Shown here piece after piece: positions 25,730 through 35,116 of a stretch of 37,839 nt of DNA. Position 1 is the first letter of the stretch. Every line of letters starts with the position of its first letter. Position numbers and translations under genes: made by a program. This stretch comes from a virus (lineage: Duplodnaviria; Caudoviricetes). A model generated the notes under the pieces. It was not told the origin of the DNA. It did no database searches and was given only the letters and a program-made list of their open reading frames with translations. Where the stretch lies: IMG/VR virus record IMGVR_UViG_3300032216_000935, positions 1-37,839 of that record. One strand, written 5' to 3'.

Positions 25730-26154
25730 TATTGAACCCTCGCGTAAAGTTCGCAGTCGCGGCCATCGGGCGTGAACGACCGCATGCGGCCCTCGCGCTC
25801 AAAACCAAGCATTTTTGCCCAGCGGTGACCCTGCTCAAAGTCGCAAGCGACCGATGTTTCGATGCGGCGAAAGGGATGGATCTCCATCGTGCGCAGCACC
25901 GCCTTGTGTATGACCCTGAAGTGAGGACCGGATTCTTTGGAAATGAGGCCCCAGGCCACGGCCCGGTGCTCCCATTGCTTGATCAAACCCATTGATGCCA
26001 AAACCTCATCACCGTCGACGAGCGAATAGGCAGGGCCTGCTTGGTGCAGGCTGTGCGCATATTCTGGTTTCGACAATGTTTCTTGCATGATGGCCTGGCT
26101 CGGTTGCAGAAGCAGCAGCTTCAAATGGTTGGGTTCAAACGGGACAATCCTCAT
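25729..26154 (-). CDS. GNAT-fold protein (T7 gp13-like position)
   Basis: 'RRIETSVACDFEQGHRWAKMLGFEREGRMRSF'. Confidence 0.75.
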   Translation of the reverse strand: MRIVPFEPNHLKLLLLQPSQAIMQETLSKPEYAHSLHQAGPAYSLVDGDEVLASMGLIKQWEHRAVAWGLISKESGPHFRVIHKAVLRTMEIHPFRRIETSVACDFEQGHRWAKMLGFEREGRMRSFTPDGRDCELYARVQ

Positions 26155-28430
26155 CGATCGAAAGTGTGGAGTTGGGGCATGATCGCCACCACCGTCATCG
26201 GCAAAGGCTGATCCTGTTTGACTGTCACATAGCCGTCGAAGTCATAGCCACCGGGCCACTCCATGAGCTTGTCTCCGGTGAACAACGGCGGCGCCTGGTC
26301 CATCAGGTTGGAACCCGTGCGGAACTCGATGTTGTCGAGCGTCGACGTGTCGGGACCAGCCTTTGCACCGAGCGTATTGTAGAAGCGAATGACCACTTTG
26401 TTGATGCGTTTCATCTTGCCTTGCGCGGTTCCATCACCGGCGCCAGCTTCAATGCGGGTCGTCTTTAATGTGGCAGGGCAGCCCAGGCCCACCTGCACGA
26501 CCGAGGCGGGGATCTGCAGAGTAATAACGCCAGACGTGACTACGCGATCGGGATGTGCTGCACCATCGGCAAGCACTTGCACGGTCTGGCCTTCAAGGTA
26601 GCTCAAGCCTGAGATCGTGGTGGCCGGTGCGCCAGAATAGGTTGCACCGCTGTCGACGTAGAAGCACGAGGACTGCAGGTCGCCTGTCTGATATTCGCGC
26701 TCGAGATATTCGACATATCGCTTGGTCGAGCCGTTAATCGTGCGCTTGACGATGAGCCAGAGCTCGTCGCGGTCGCGGTTGGGACCAGGGATCACGCAGA
26801 CCGATTCGACAATGCCGTTGCCGCCGATCGTGTGGCCATGCCAGCCCAGCACGTCCTGTTCTTTGTTGAAGGTGAAGCCCAACAGCTTGCCGTCGCCGCG
26901 AGCCGCCCACATGGCCACATAGGGCTCCTTGTGCCAGGTCGTCTGCACCAGGCCGCTGGAAGTGATGTGTTCGGCCAGCACGGTCAGGTCGTTGGTAATG
27001 TAGCCGTTCTGCTGGAAGCTGTAGGCAGCTTCCTTGAGCTTGCGGCCAGAGCGCTGCACGAACAGCGTGGAATAGCCCACCGACACCGGGATCACTGAGC
27101 GCGAGCCCTCGGCCGTCTGCTTCTCGATCTTGACGTTGCCGGGCGCAAATGCCTCATTGGATGTGTTCTCGCTGCAGGCGAATTCAGCACCGGACGTGCC
27201 GATCAGCAGCGCCTGCGTGGGCGCCAGCCATTGCACCTGGTTGACCTGGTCAGACGAGATCGTGACCTGGATGGCGCGATCGGCAACGATTTGGCCGCTG
27301 TCGTCCTTGGATGCAAAGTTTTCAAAGTCGCCGGCCACCGAGAAAAAGAGTTGTTGACCTTTGGCCAGCGTCAGGCGCTCGCGGAAGAAGCAGACCTTGC
27401 TGGGATAGCCCTCGACCGCGGAGAACGAGCCAAAGGCCCAGCGGAAGGTGGCAGCAGAAACGACGCCGGACGGCAGCGGGTTGTTGCCCTGCACGACGGC
27501 TGTGACGTGCGTCGAGTCGGTGTAGGCGGTGATCTTGGCATAGCCATAGCCAGAATCGACAAATTGCCAGTCGAGGCCCTGGCGCTCGCAGGTCGTGCCT
27601 GAAATGCCCTGGTAGTCGCCATCGGCCTGCGTGCCGTAGGTGTGGATCGGCTTGTCGGGACCGGTGCGCCAGACCTTGCCAGACGATGGCGTGCCGTTGG
27701 TCGTGCAGATGTAGGTCTTGCCGTCGCTGCGGCGATAGGTGTTGACCGGATTGGTCGAATATTCCTGGCCCGCGGTCCATGGCTTGATGGCCGACAGATC
27801 GGCCGGCTCGAGGTAGACGAATGTGCCCACCATCGAGGCCGTGAAAGGCGTGTGGCCGGATGCTGTCAGCGTGATCGTGCCGGTCGTGGCGCTGGCCTGG
27901 ATCGTCTGCGAGCGGGTGATGTTCTGGGTCTTGAAGGGACCGTTGGTGAGCGGCGCCGCGGCGATCGTCCAGTTGGTATTGCCCAGGCGCGACAGCTTCT
28001 GCAGCGGGTAGCTGGGGTGCGCGATGTAGATCACATCACCCGACTGCACCATGGACAAAGTGAACGTGCCATCAGCGCTGTCGGTCAGGTCGGCCACAGC
28101 ATAGGGCGAGGTGATCTCGTAAGGCGAGCCACCCGACAGCACCTGGCCGTGATTGGTGTAGAAGCGGATGTATTGGTTGCCGAACTCCAGCACATAGGCC
28201 TGGGTCGTGTTGAATTCAAACTTGGCCAGCCAGGTGCGGTTGGCTGATGTCTTTATCTCGGAGACGTAGCGCGTGCCGGCACGACGCACGGCTGGGCCCT
28301 GCACCGAGGGAATAAAGTTGTCGAGGATCGAGCAGCCGTTGTTGTATTTGGCAACGTCGGTGCGACCGCCCATGAGCGGCGACAGCTCGCCGGCATTAAA
28401 GGATGAGCGTAGGGGTGAGGCCTTGGGCAT
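26151..28430 (-). CDS. Tail tubular protein B (nozzle)
   Basis: Start MPKASPLRSSFNAGELSP; 'GYPSKVCFFRERL', 'QDQPLPMTVVAI'; follows tubular A. Confidence 0.9.
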   Translation of the reverse strand: MPKASPLRSSFNAGELSPLMGGRTDVAKYNNGCSILDNFIPSVQGPAVRRAGTRYVSEIKTSANRTWLAKFEFNTTQAYVLEFGNQYIRFYTNHGQVLSGGSPYEITSPYAVADLTDSADGTFTLSMVQSGDVIYIAHPSYPLQKLSRLGNTNWTIAAAPLTNGPFKTQNITRSQTIQASATTGTITLTASGHTPFTASMVGTFVYLEPADLSAIKPWTAGQEYSTNPVNTYRRSDGKTYICTTNGTPSSGKVWRTGPDKPIHTYGTQADGDYQGISGTTCERQGLDWQFVDSGYGYAKITAYTDSTHVTAVVQGNNPLPSGVVSAATFRWAFGSFSAVEGYPSKVCFFRERLTLAKGQQLFFSVAGDFENFASKDDSGQIVADRAIQVTISSDQVNQVQWLAPTQALLIGTSGAEFACSENTSNEAFAPGNVKIEKQTAEGSRSVIPVSVGYSTLFVQRSGRKLKEAAYSFQQNGYITNDLTVLAEHITSSGLVQTTWHKEPYVAMWAARGDGKLLGFTFNKEQDVLGWHGHTIGGNGIVESVCVIPGPNRDRDELWLIVKRTINGSTKRYVEYLEREYQTGDLQSSCFYVDSGATYSGAPATTISGLSYLEGQTVQVLADGAAHPDRVVTSGVITLQIPASVVQVGLGCPATLKTTRIEAGAGDGTAQGKMKRINKVVIRFYNTLGAKAGPDTSTLDNIEFRTGSNLMDQAPPLFTGDKLMEWPGGYDFDGYVTVKQDQPLPMTVVAIMPQLHTFDR

Positions 28431-28431
28431 C

Positions 28432-29031
28432 TCAGATCCTCGAGATGATCCAGGTGTTGTCGGGCGGTGTCGATGGCGGGCGTTCGATCGAGTTGGTGCG
28501 GATCGCCTGGGTGATCGCGCGCTTGTAATCGTTGGCCGCCGAATTCTTTTTGGTGTCGGATTGCGTGAGATCCTCGCAGATTTCCATGGCAATGCGGGAC
28601 GCCATGGCTTCTCTGAAGTTGACGTCCCAGTTGTTGGGGTCCTCGATGCGCGCAACGTAGCGCAGCTTCAAGGGTGCGGCGATGTCGGTCAGGATGAGGT
28701 TGCCCTCGATCATGTAGTCCTGGGTTTCGACGCCGATGTAATTGTCCAGCACGACGGTCGGGAACTCGTCGTTGATCATGTCCAGGCGCAGGAAGTCAGG
28801 CGGCAAAGCATATTGCAGGTTGTAGCCAAACAAAGGCGCGCTGGAGAGCGCAGCCATGGAGGTGCGCTTCATCGAGAATTGCCAGCGGTGTGCGCGCAGC
28901 TCGTCGTCGCGAATGTCCTCAAAACAAGACGCGATCGAGCGCGCCGCTTTCACGTCATCAGAAAGAGACGTGATGCGGTTGGCGCCGAGCTTGGTCAGCG
29001 CACGGTTGGCGACCTGAATGACTGAGGCCAT
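28432..29031 (-). CDS. Tail tubular protein A (adaptor)
   Basis: 'VANRALTKLGANRITSL...ELRAHRWQFSMKR...YALPPDFLRL'. Confidence 0.88.
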   Translation of the reverse strand: MASVIQVANRALTKLGANRITSLSDDVKAARSIASCFEDIRDDELRAHRWQFSMKRTSMAALSSAPLFGYNLQYALPPDFLRLDMINDEFPTVVLDNYIGVETQDYMIEGNLILTDIAAPLKLRYVARIEDPNNWDVNFREAMASRIAMEICEDLTQSDTKKNSAANDYKRAITQAIRTNSIERPPSTPPDNTWIISRI

Positions 29032-29043
29032 GCTGGGCCCCTA

Positions 29044-29361
29044 TCAACCGAGGCCGACGAGATAGGCGTTGATGCCTGACGGTGAGCCACCTGTGATGGC
29101 GCAGCGCACGTTGCCAGCAGGCAGATCGATACCGGTCTGGTTGCCTGGCAGCGCTGTGAACTTCACCAGGCTGGCAGCAAAAATCTGCACGTCAGACCAG
29201 GTGCCGCTTGGCGATTGGACCTGCAAGCTGATTGTCGAGCCGCCAACAGTGCCGTCCACCGAGAAGTGATACTGGCCGCCCTTGATGGCAACAGCAGAAC
29301 CAGTGGCAGAACCAGCGGCCAAGAGTGTGTATGCGGCGTCATCCGCGCGACGAATAGGCAT
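29044..29361 (-). CDS. Small virion-associated beta-rich protein
   Basis: GGGAG RBS; S/T/G-rich; in structural operon. Confidence 0.65.
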   Translation of the reverse strand: MPIRRADDAAYTLLAAGSATGSAVAIKGGQYHFSVDGTVGGSTISLQVQSPSGTWSDVQIFAASLVKFTALPGNQTGIDLPAGNVRCAITGGSPSGINAYLVGLG

Positions 29362-29372
29362 GTGTCGCTCCC

Positions 29373-29561
29373 TTACCAGTTTTTGCTGGCAGTTACGAGG
29401 TATTGGTAGAGCTTTTCGACAGAGAGCAGGAGCTCTTCTTTGGTCGGCACGTTGGCATTGGTGTTGATCACAATTTCAACGTCTTTGCTGGTTGTGCTTG
29501 AACCTTCAGTGACGCTGCCCATGATGCCAGCGCCGTCATTGATTCCGTAATAGTAAGCCAT
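29373..29561 (-). CDS. Hypothetical protein (62 aa)
   Basis: GGAGA RBS; in structural operon. Confidence 0.65.
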   Translation of the reverse strand: MAYYYGINDGAGIMGSVTEGSSTTSKDVEIVINTNANVPTKEELLLSVEKLYQYLVTASKNW

Positions 29562-29580
29562 GATTGATCTCCAAATGATG

Positions 29581-29608
29581 GAAGAAGGGGCCGGGTTTCC
29601 CCAGCCCC
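29581..29608 (-). terminator. Terminator after the capsid genes
   Basis: GGGGCTGGG-GAAA-CCCGGCCCC followed by TTCTTC on the minus strand. Confidence 0.65.
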
Positions 29609-29621
29609 CGCTCAGTCCCGA

Positions 29622-30068
29622 TTAGTTCGGGATGCTGTAGAACAGATCGATCACCAGCGTGCCCGAAGAAGGCAATGCTGCGGATGCGATCGTACCGATC
29701 ACGGTCTGCTCGGTCGACAAGCCGGCGTCCGAAGCTGCAGCTTCAACAGCCAAACCAAACGGTGTTGGTGTGTCAGTCGAAGTGAAAGTCGCGGCTGCGC
29801 GGTACTTGCCGGTGGCGCCAGAGATACCGATTGCCAAAGTCGAAGAACCCAGCGAAGCGCTGGAGTTCAACATGCCGTAGGCAAAGACTGCGCCAGCAGG
29901 CAAGTTGCCGAGCTGGAGCAAGTCAGTGGTAGCCTGAGAGGCCAAAGTCACGGTGGCGCGCAAGCGCTTCAAGCGAGCGCCATAGACGCTTGCACGAGGC
30001 TTGTAGCCAACGGGAGCTGCGGTCTGGTTGGCGCTGCCGCCCAGTTCAGTAGAGAGATAGGTTGCCAT
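29622..30068 (-). CDS. Capsid cement/decoration protein (Bbp16-like)
   Basis: Directly after the major capsid gene; beta-rich, 'LGNLPAGAV'; AAGGAG RBS. Confidence 0.7.
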   Translation of the reverse strand: MATYLSTELGGSANQTAAPVGYKPRASVYGARLKRLRATVTLASQATTDLLQLGNLPAGAVFAYGMLNSSASLGSSTLAIGISGATGKYRAAATFTSTDTPTPFGLAVEAAASDAGLSTEQTVIGTIASAALPSSGTLVIDLFYSIPN

Positions 30069-30095
30069 GTGGTGTTACTCCTTGTGTGTGATCGA

Positions 30096-31052
30096 TTAAG
30101 CGCAGTTGATGATCACGCACTTCTTCTCTTCCATGCGAGCTGCACCGAAAGTGCCGGTCACATAGACTTGATAGGAGTTGCGCTTGTCAGCACGGCGGTC
30201 GATGGACGTCTGGATGTCGTTCCACATGCCCAAAGCCATGCCAGATTTGGCGTAGCAAGGAACCATGTAGCGAGAGCCAGTGGTGAAGTTGCCGTCAGAC
30301 GAACCGCTGGTGATCGTGGGGTTGATGGCGGTGTTGAAGTTGGCGCCGCCAGGGATACGCTCAGAGTGGACAAAGTTGAAGCCCATGAACTGAGAGATCT
30401 TGCCGTCAACCAAAACTGGCTTGGTGTTGTAGTCCAAGCTGATAGCCTGAGCTTCGTTCAACAAGTCGTCGTGCTGCTTGGCAGTGATCACGCAGAAGAG
30501 CTGGTCATTGTCGACGTCGACTTCAGCTTCCAACAGCTTGCGCTTGGCTGCACGCAGCTTTGCGATGTTCAAGCCGGTGGCAGACGATGCACCAGTTGCA
30601 GCAGCGACAGACTGGCTGTTGCTGTTGTAGGCGTACAAAGTACCAGTGGCAGACGTGCCGTTCTCGCCAGTGTTGTTGGACGTCAACAGACCCGAGATGA
30701 TCTCGTCGTCCATTGCGCGGCCCATCGCCCATGCGCCAGCCATTGCGTAATTGCTGGTCGGGTCGATCAACATGCGGAGCTTGTCCTGGCTGTCGACCAA
30801 GTCAGCCCAATCGTAGTCGTTGGGATAAACCCAGCGCTTGTCTTGGGGGGTAGAAATCAGGGGAGTGTCGCTGTGGCGAGACGAGTTGCGGACAGGCGAA
30901 ACGCTGCCGAACTGTTCTGCCATGGAGGCGGCTTTACCCTGGAACTTGAGGTTCTGCACAGTATTGCGCAGACGCGAGCCTTGCTGTTGCAAGAGCATTT
31001 GGACGTTTGTGCTGTACTGTTGTACAAACGCCGTAGATACGTTGAATGACAT
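30096..31052 (-). CDS. Major capsid protein
   Basis: 'FVQQYSTNVQMLLQQQGSRLR', 'DKLRMLIDPTSNY...AMGRAMDDEII', 'GAARMEEKKCV'. Confidence 0.92.
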   Translation of the reverse strand: MSFNVSTAFVQQYSTNVQMLLQQQGSRLRNTVQNLKFQGKAASMAEQFGSVSPVRNSSRHSDTPLISTPQDKRWVYPNDYDWADLVDSQDKLRMLIDPTSNYAMAGAWAMGRAMDDEIISGLLTSNNTGENGTSATGTLYAYNSNSQSVAAATGASSATGLNIAKLRAAKRKLLEAEVDVDNDQLFCVITAKQHDDLLNEAQAISLDYNTKPVLVDGKISQFMGFNFVHSERIPGGANFNTAINPTITSGSSDGNFTTGSRYMVPCYAKSGMALGMWNDIQTSIDRRADKRNSYQVYVTGTFGAARMEEKKCVIINCA

Positions 31053-31076
31053 GGTGTCACCTTTCGAGAGTTGTGA

Positions 31077-31316
31077 TTAAACGGTTGCCTTGGAGGCGCT
31101 CTTCGGAAGGCTTGTCCGTGCAGAAACTGCCGGGGCCGCTTTGCCCACTTTCTGGCTGTCACCCGGCCCTTGAGGGGTTATCGGGGCTGACACACCACCG
31201 ACCCAGGCCAGATATTCTCGAGCCATGGCGATCACCTCTTGAGGCGATCTGTCGGCGCGGTGCGCCAGTTTCAAACATTCTAGCCTAATTTCCGAATTGT
31301 GTTGAGAATTTTCCAT
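31077..31316 (-). CDS. Hypothetical protein (79 aa)
   Basis: 'EIRLECLKLA...EVIAMAREYLAWV' helical hairpin; start codon lies inside an operator-like palindrome. Confidence 0.6.
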   Translation of the reverse strand: MENSQHNSEIRLECLKLAHRADRSPQEVIAMAREYLAWVGGVSAPITPQGPGDSQKVGKAAPAVSARTSLPKSASKATV

Positions 31317-31332
31317 GAGTGCTGTGACTTTC

Positions 31333-32235
31333 TCAAGACTCGGGATAAGCCAAAGCCATCAGCTTCTGCATTTCATTGCGGGCATCGGCATCGCCTGAGA
31401 TGTATTTGGTCGACCAGGCCGTGTCGTTACGCAATGCACCAATGCGATCGCGCGCAGCTTCTGGTGTCATGCCGAACTTGTTGCCCTGGCCGCCACCGGA
31501 CTCGAACGTGTCCTCGGACAGACCGCGGCCGACGCGCGCCATGAACTTCAGCATCTCGCCGGTGCCCAATGCGTTCTCGATTGCTGTCAGCTTGGTGGCA
31601 TCGAGGCCGAACTCGCGCGCAGCACGCTGGCCATAGTTGACGTTCTCTTCGTAGGCGCCGCCCCACTCGCCCTTGAGGGCGGTCAGATCAGCCTCGACCT
31701 TTTGCGCAGACTGCTGCTGCTGCTGGGTCTGCATGCCGGTCTGCGTCTCGTTCCACCAGTTGGCCAGGCCCTCTGCCTGCTGCTGGCTGATACCGAGCTC
31801 GTGGAACTTGCCAGAAGCAGCCTTGGCAAACGTGCCAGGGTCACCTTCGGGCACGGGCAGCTTGTACTCTTCTGCGGTCTTGGGGCGACCAAGCTGGTCA
31901 TAGACGCGGGCCCAGCCTTCCTTGTCCTCTGCGCCCTTGGGCATGGGCAGCTTCTCGCCACCCAGGAGCTTCTCGAGGTTCTTGTAGCCATTGGCCAGTT
32001 CGACTGGATCCTTCCAGCCTTTGTTTTGAACGTAGCCCTTGAGCTCGTTGTCTTCGATCTGGTCGTACCAGTTGCCGGTCGACTGGTCGGTCGGCTTGCC
32101 AATGTCGCCAGTGGCGTTGCCGCTCTGACCTGTTGTGCCTGTGGATGCGGCGTCATTGCCGCCGGTGGGAGCGGCAGCGTTATCGCCTGCCGGGTTGCCT
32201 GCCAACATGGCAGACCCGCTTGATGCATCGGACAT
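31333..32235 (-). CDS. Capsid assembly scaffolding protein
   Basis: Acidic low-complexity N-terminus, 'YKNLEKLLG', 'LGRPKTAEEY', 'LKGEWG'; upstream of the capsid gene. Confidence 0.85.
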   Translation of the reverse strand: MSDASSGSAMLAGNPAGDNAAAPTGGNDAASTGTTGQSGNATGDIGKPTDQSTGNWYDQIEDNELKGYVQNKGWKDPVELANGYKNLEKLLGGEKLPMPKGAEDKEGWARVYDQLGRPKTAEEYKLPVPEGDPGTFAKAASGKFHELGISQQQAEGLANWWNETQTGMQTQQQQQSAQKVEADLTALKGEWGGAYEENVNYGQRAAREFGLDATKLTAIENALGTGEMLKFMARVGRGLSEDTFESGGGQGNKFGMTPEAARDRIGALRNDTAWSTKYISGDADARNEMQKLMALAYPES

Positions 32236-32250
32236 GGAAAACTCCTTGGT

Positions 32251-32493
32251 TTAAGTGGCGCGGCCGACGAGAGATTTCCCGTCGATGCCGTCTGCCTGGT
32301 CATCCTCGATCGTCCAGGTGATCTGGTCGTTCGATAGATTGAGCGCTGCAGCGATGGCTGCAAAGTCAGTGCCCAGCGTGAATTCCTCACCGTGGGTCTT
32401 GAAGATCTTTTTGCCGGATTGTGTAGCGTCCTGGACTACGATCATGTCGCCTGTCTCCTGTGTTGCGACGGCTTTGGGTTTCCGAGTGGCCAT
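32251..32493 (-). CDS. Hypothetical protein (80 aa)
   Basis: Fills the gap in the head operon, same strand. Confidence 0.6.
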   Translation of the reverse strand: MATRKPKAVATQETGDMIVVQDATQSGKKIFKTHGEEFTLGTDFAAIAAALNLSNDQITWTIEDDQADGIDGKSLVGRAT

Positions 32494-32502
32494 AGGTTAC
32501 TT

Positions 32503-32955
32503 TCAGGATAAAAACTTGAGCTTGTAGGTGGTCGAGTCGAGCAGCGACACGATCTCGTCGATCATGTTCTGGTGCTCGCTGTCGTCGCTGACATTGGCGC
32601 GCTTGTCGTCGATGTATTTGTTGAGGCCGGTCACAAAGGCCACGCAGTTGGTGGAGGCCGGCAGCGGCGGCTTTGGCGGGTAGTCCATCACCAGGCCATA
32701 CTTGCCCTGGTAGGCCTCGATCAGGCTGTCGGTCAGACCAGGCAGCTCGGTGTAGAGAGTGTCGAGCGCCATGTGCTCGGCAAAGGACCGGGTCTGCAGG
32801 TGCAGGACATGCGCCACTACGGCTGCCTGCAGCAGGACCATGAAGAACTCGGACGCAACCTTGTTGGTGTTGGCGTGGGTCGAGTTGCCGTATTCGACGT
32901 CCTCGTCGGCCGGATTGTCGCCGGCCAGCATCGATGCTGCGTTAGTTGCCATCAT
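32503..32955 (-). CDS. Ferritin/Dps-like four-helix-bundle protein (DUF5856-like)
   Basis: 'AHVLHLQTRSFAEHMALDTLY...DSLIEAYQGKYG...NMIDEIVSLLDSTTYKLKFL'. Confidence 0.8.
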   Translation of the reverse strand: MMATNAASMLAGDNPADEDVEYGNSTHANTNKVASEFFMVLLQAAVVAHVLHLQTRSFAEHMALDTLYTELPGLTDSLIEAYQGKYGLVMDYPPKPPLPASTNCVAFVTGLNKYIDDKRANVSDDSEHQNMIDEIVSLLDSTTYKLKFLS

Positions 32956-33244
32956 TGGGCTCCTCGAGATTAAAGACTTGTTTTTCGTCGATGTGCAGGT
33001 GGGCCATTAGGCGCAGCCACACCTCGCGCCGACCTTCGGCCATGGCCATGGCCAGCGGGTCGATCGACTTTGAGATCGGCGACACAATGACGGTCGTGGA
33101 ATTCGCCCGGCAAAACTTGCGCAGGTCAGCCAGGACGATCTCGGCATCGCGGCCAATGTTGCCAGACGCATCAAAGAACGTCCGGCGGTAGGCCGCCTTG
33201 CGGTTCAGGATGCGCTGGACGCTCTTGGTCAGGTTGCCGATCAT
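32942..33244 (-). CDS. Bbp19-like protein
   Basis: 'VLADLRKFC...AMAEGRREVWLRL' directly after the portal. Confidence 0.75.
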   Translation of the reverse strand: MIGNLTKSVQRILNRKAAYRRTFFDASGNIGRDAEIVLADLRKFCRANSTTVIVSPISKSIDPLAMAMAEGRREVWLRLMAHLHIDEKQVFNLEEPNDGN

Positions 33245-34896
33245 TGCGGGAAGATCGCAGGAGCTTGCTGGGCAGGGTTAGCACCAGCCATGGATTGGGC
33301 TTGCGCCAGGTCCTTGACCACGCCGGATGCCACGGGTGCGGCAGCCAGGAGCTGCTGGGCCTGGGCCGCTTGCGCTGCCTGGTCCTTCATGGCCTTCACG
33401 TCTTCAGGCGAGCGCATGACCTTGGCCGGCACGCCGTTGATGTCGGCAAGCTCACGGGCCACAGCCTCGGGATCGAAAATGTCCATCACGCCAGGATTGA
33501 TCTGGGCCAGAGGCGTGATCGCCTGCAGCGTGTTCATGATGGCCACACCCTCGTCCGCACGCTGGGCACGGTTGAGCGGTGACACATATTCGATCTCGAC
33601 CGAGCCGCCGTATTCACGCAGCGCATCGGGCATGGGAGGCAGCACGCCGGCACGGGCCAGGATGTCGATCTCGCGCTCGATCAGTGGTCCAAGAAACTCA
33701 GATTGCTGGCGGCCCATGGTAGGAGCCAGCAAGGCGCCCTTTTCCTGCGCACGCAGCATGGCCTCGGTGGCCGTCATGGTGGGTGCGTCGACCAGGATCT
33801 GGAACAGTGTGACCAGAAAGGCGTCGTTGATGGTCTTGCGGCGCTGCTCCATCATGTCGAGGCCGATGTCCACACGGGCGCCAGTCTGCAAGGCATGCAC
33901 GAGCTGCTGGCCCTGTTCGTTGACGCCACCGTAGTTCAGCGCGCCTGGGCGCAGGTCAAAGGCTGCAAGCGCGCCGTCTTCTTGCAACAGCAAGGGAGGA
34001 TCCACCAGCTTGTGGGCTGCGCGGATCACGGTCTTCGACATCTCGTTGAGCATCTTGATGTCGGGCAGCACGGTCATGGCAGGCGAGCGGCCATAGACCT
34101 CTTTGGGTCCGGTCACATAGCGGCCAACAGCGTAGGGCATGGCGTGATAGCCACCCTCACTCAGGATGTTGCGGCCATCGATCGACAGGTAGCAGGAATA
34201 CCAGGGCATGCCCTTGTAGTTCTTTTTCGTGCCGTCGAAGTCGTCACGCGGTCCGACCGCATGGATGAAGTCGAAGGACTGCTCAGGGCTCTTCTCGAGC
34301 GCTGCCTGCATCTTTTCCGACAGGTTTTTCTCGCCCCACTTCTGCGCAGCCTGGCGCACGGTCATGGGAAAGCGACGGTGCACGGTGTCGACCGCGCCCT
34401 GGTGGTTCTCGGCGATATACATCTCCGACAGCGGGATCGTGCGGTATCGGATGCCACGGCCAACCAGGTCGTCAGTGAACACAGCACCAGTGCCGAAGGC
34501 GCCCAAGCTCATGTAGGCCTCGTTGGCCTGTGACGCAAAATTGGCGCGCGGTGAATAGCGAACCTGGAACAGGATCTTGGTGACCGTGTCAAGGTATTCC
34601 TTGACGCTCTGGTCCTCGTCGAGCTCCTCGATGCCGGTCTTGAGCTTGTGCCAGCGCTGCGTGCGTGGCGTCAGCATCGATTCCATGGCCGCGGCAAAAC
34701 GCTCGAGCGCCAGGCCTGCAGTGGCATCGAAGATCTTTTCGGTGTGCTTGTCGCCAGGGTTGCGGTTGACGCGGAAGTGGTCGGCACGAGGCATGATGCG
34801 CTCGGCGATCTCGCGCCAGTGGCTGTCGAAGATGGCACGGTCTGTGGCCATCTTCTCCTGACGCCGGATGATGTCATCAGCGCGAGAGTCGGACAT
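33241..34896 (-). CDS. Portal (head-to-tail connector)
   Basis: 'YGRSPAMTVLPDIKMLN', 'TMTATEAMLRAQEK', 'IEYVSPL'. Confidence 0.95.
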   Translation of the reverse strand: MSDSRADDIIRRQEKMATDRAIFDSHWREIAERIMPRADHFRVNRNPGDKHTEKIFDATAGLALERFAAAMESMLTPRTQRWHKLKTGIEELDEDQSVKEYLDTVTKILFQVRYSPRANFASQANEAYMSLGAFGTGAVFTDDLVGRGIRYRTIPLSEMYIAENHQGAVDTVHRRFPMTVRQAAQKWGEKNLSEKMQAALEKSPEQSFDFIHAVGPRDDFDGTKKNYKGMPWYSCYLSIDGRNILSEGGYHAMPYAVGRYVTGPKEVYGRSPAMTVLPDIKMLNEMSKTVIRAAHKLVDPPLLLQEDGALAAFDLRPGALNYGGVNEQGQQLVHALQTGARVDIGLDMMEQRRKTINDAFLVTLFQILVDAPTMTATEAMLRAQEKGALLAPTMGRQQSEFLGPLIEREIDILARAGVLPPMPDALREYGGSVEIEYVSPLNRAQRADEGVAIMNTLQAITPLAQINPGVMDIFDPEAVARELADINGVPAKVMRSPEDVKAMKDQAAQAAQAQQLLAAAPVASGVVKDLAQAQSMAGANPAQQAPAIFPQ

Positions 34897-34899
34897 AGG

Positions 34900-35112
34900 T
34901 TAGCTCCCCAGTAATTGCTTGGTGCCGGTCTGTGGTGCGACCAGGTCGCCCTGTTGGCCAGTCAGGATGTTGGCTGCACGTCCTTGACGGCCGGCCATGC
35001 GGTCTTGGTTCTGCTGTGCCTGGCGTGCCGAGTCGATCGTCGGCGCTGGCGCTGGTGCAGGAGGAGGAGGAGGAGGCGTTGGCGCTTCAGGCTTGCTAAA
35101 TAATCCACCCAT
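34900..35112 (-). CDS. Small Pro-rich virion protein
   Basis: MGGLFSKPEAPTPPPP...GRAANILTG...KQLLGS; typical pre-portal gene of this phage group. Confidence 0.75.
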   Translation of the reverse strand: MGGLFSKPEAPTPPPPPPAPAPAPTIDSARQAQQNQDRMAGRQGRAANILTGQQGDLVAPQTGTKQLLGS

Positions 35113-35116
35113 GATT

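Noticed and set aside
35040-35112. GGA repeat and MGGLFSK myristoylation-like start
   Set aside because: Poly-Pro codons of a common pre-portal virion protein; no support for lipidation in a bacterial host
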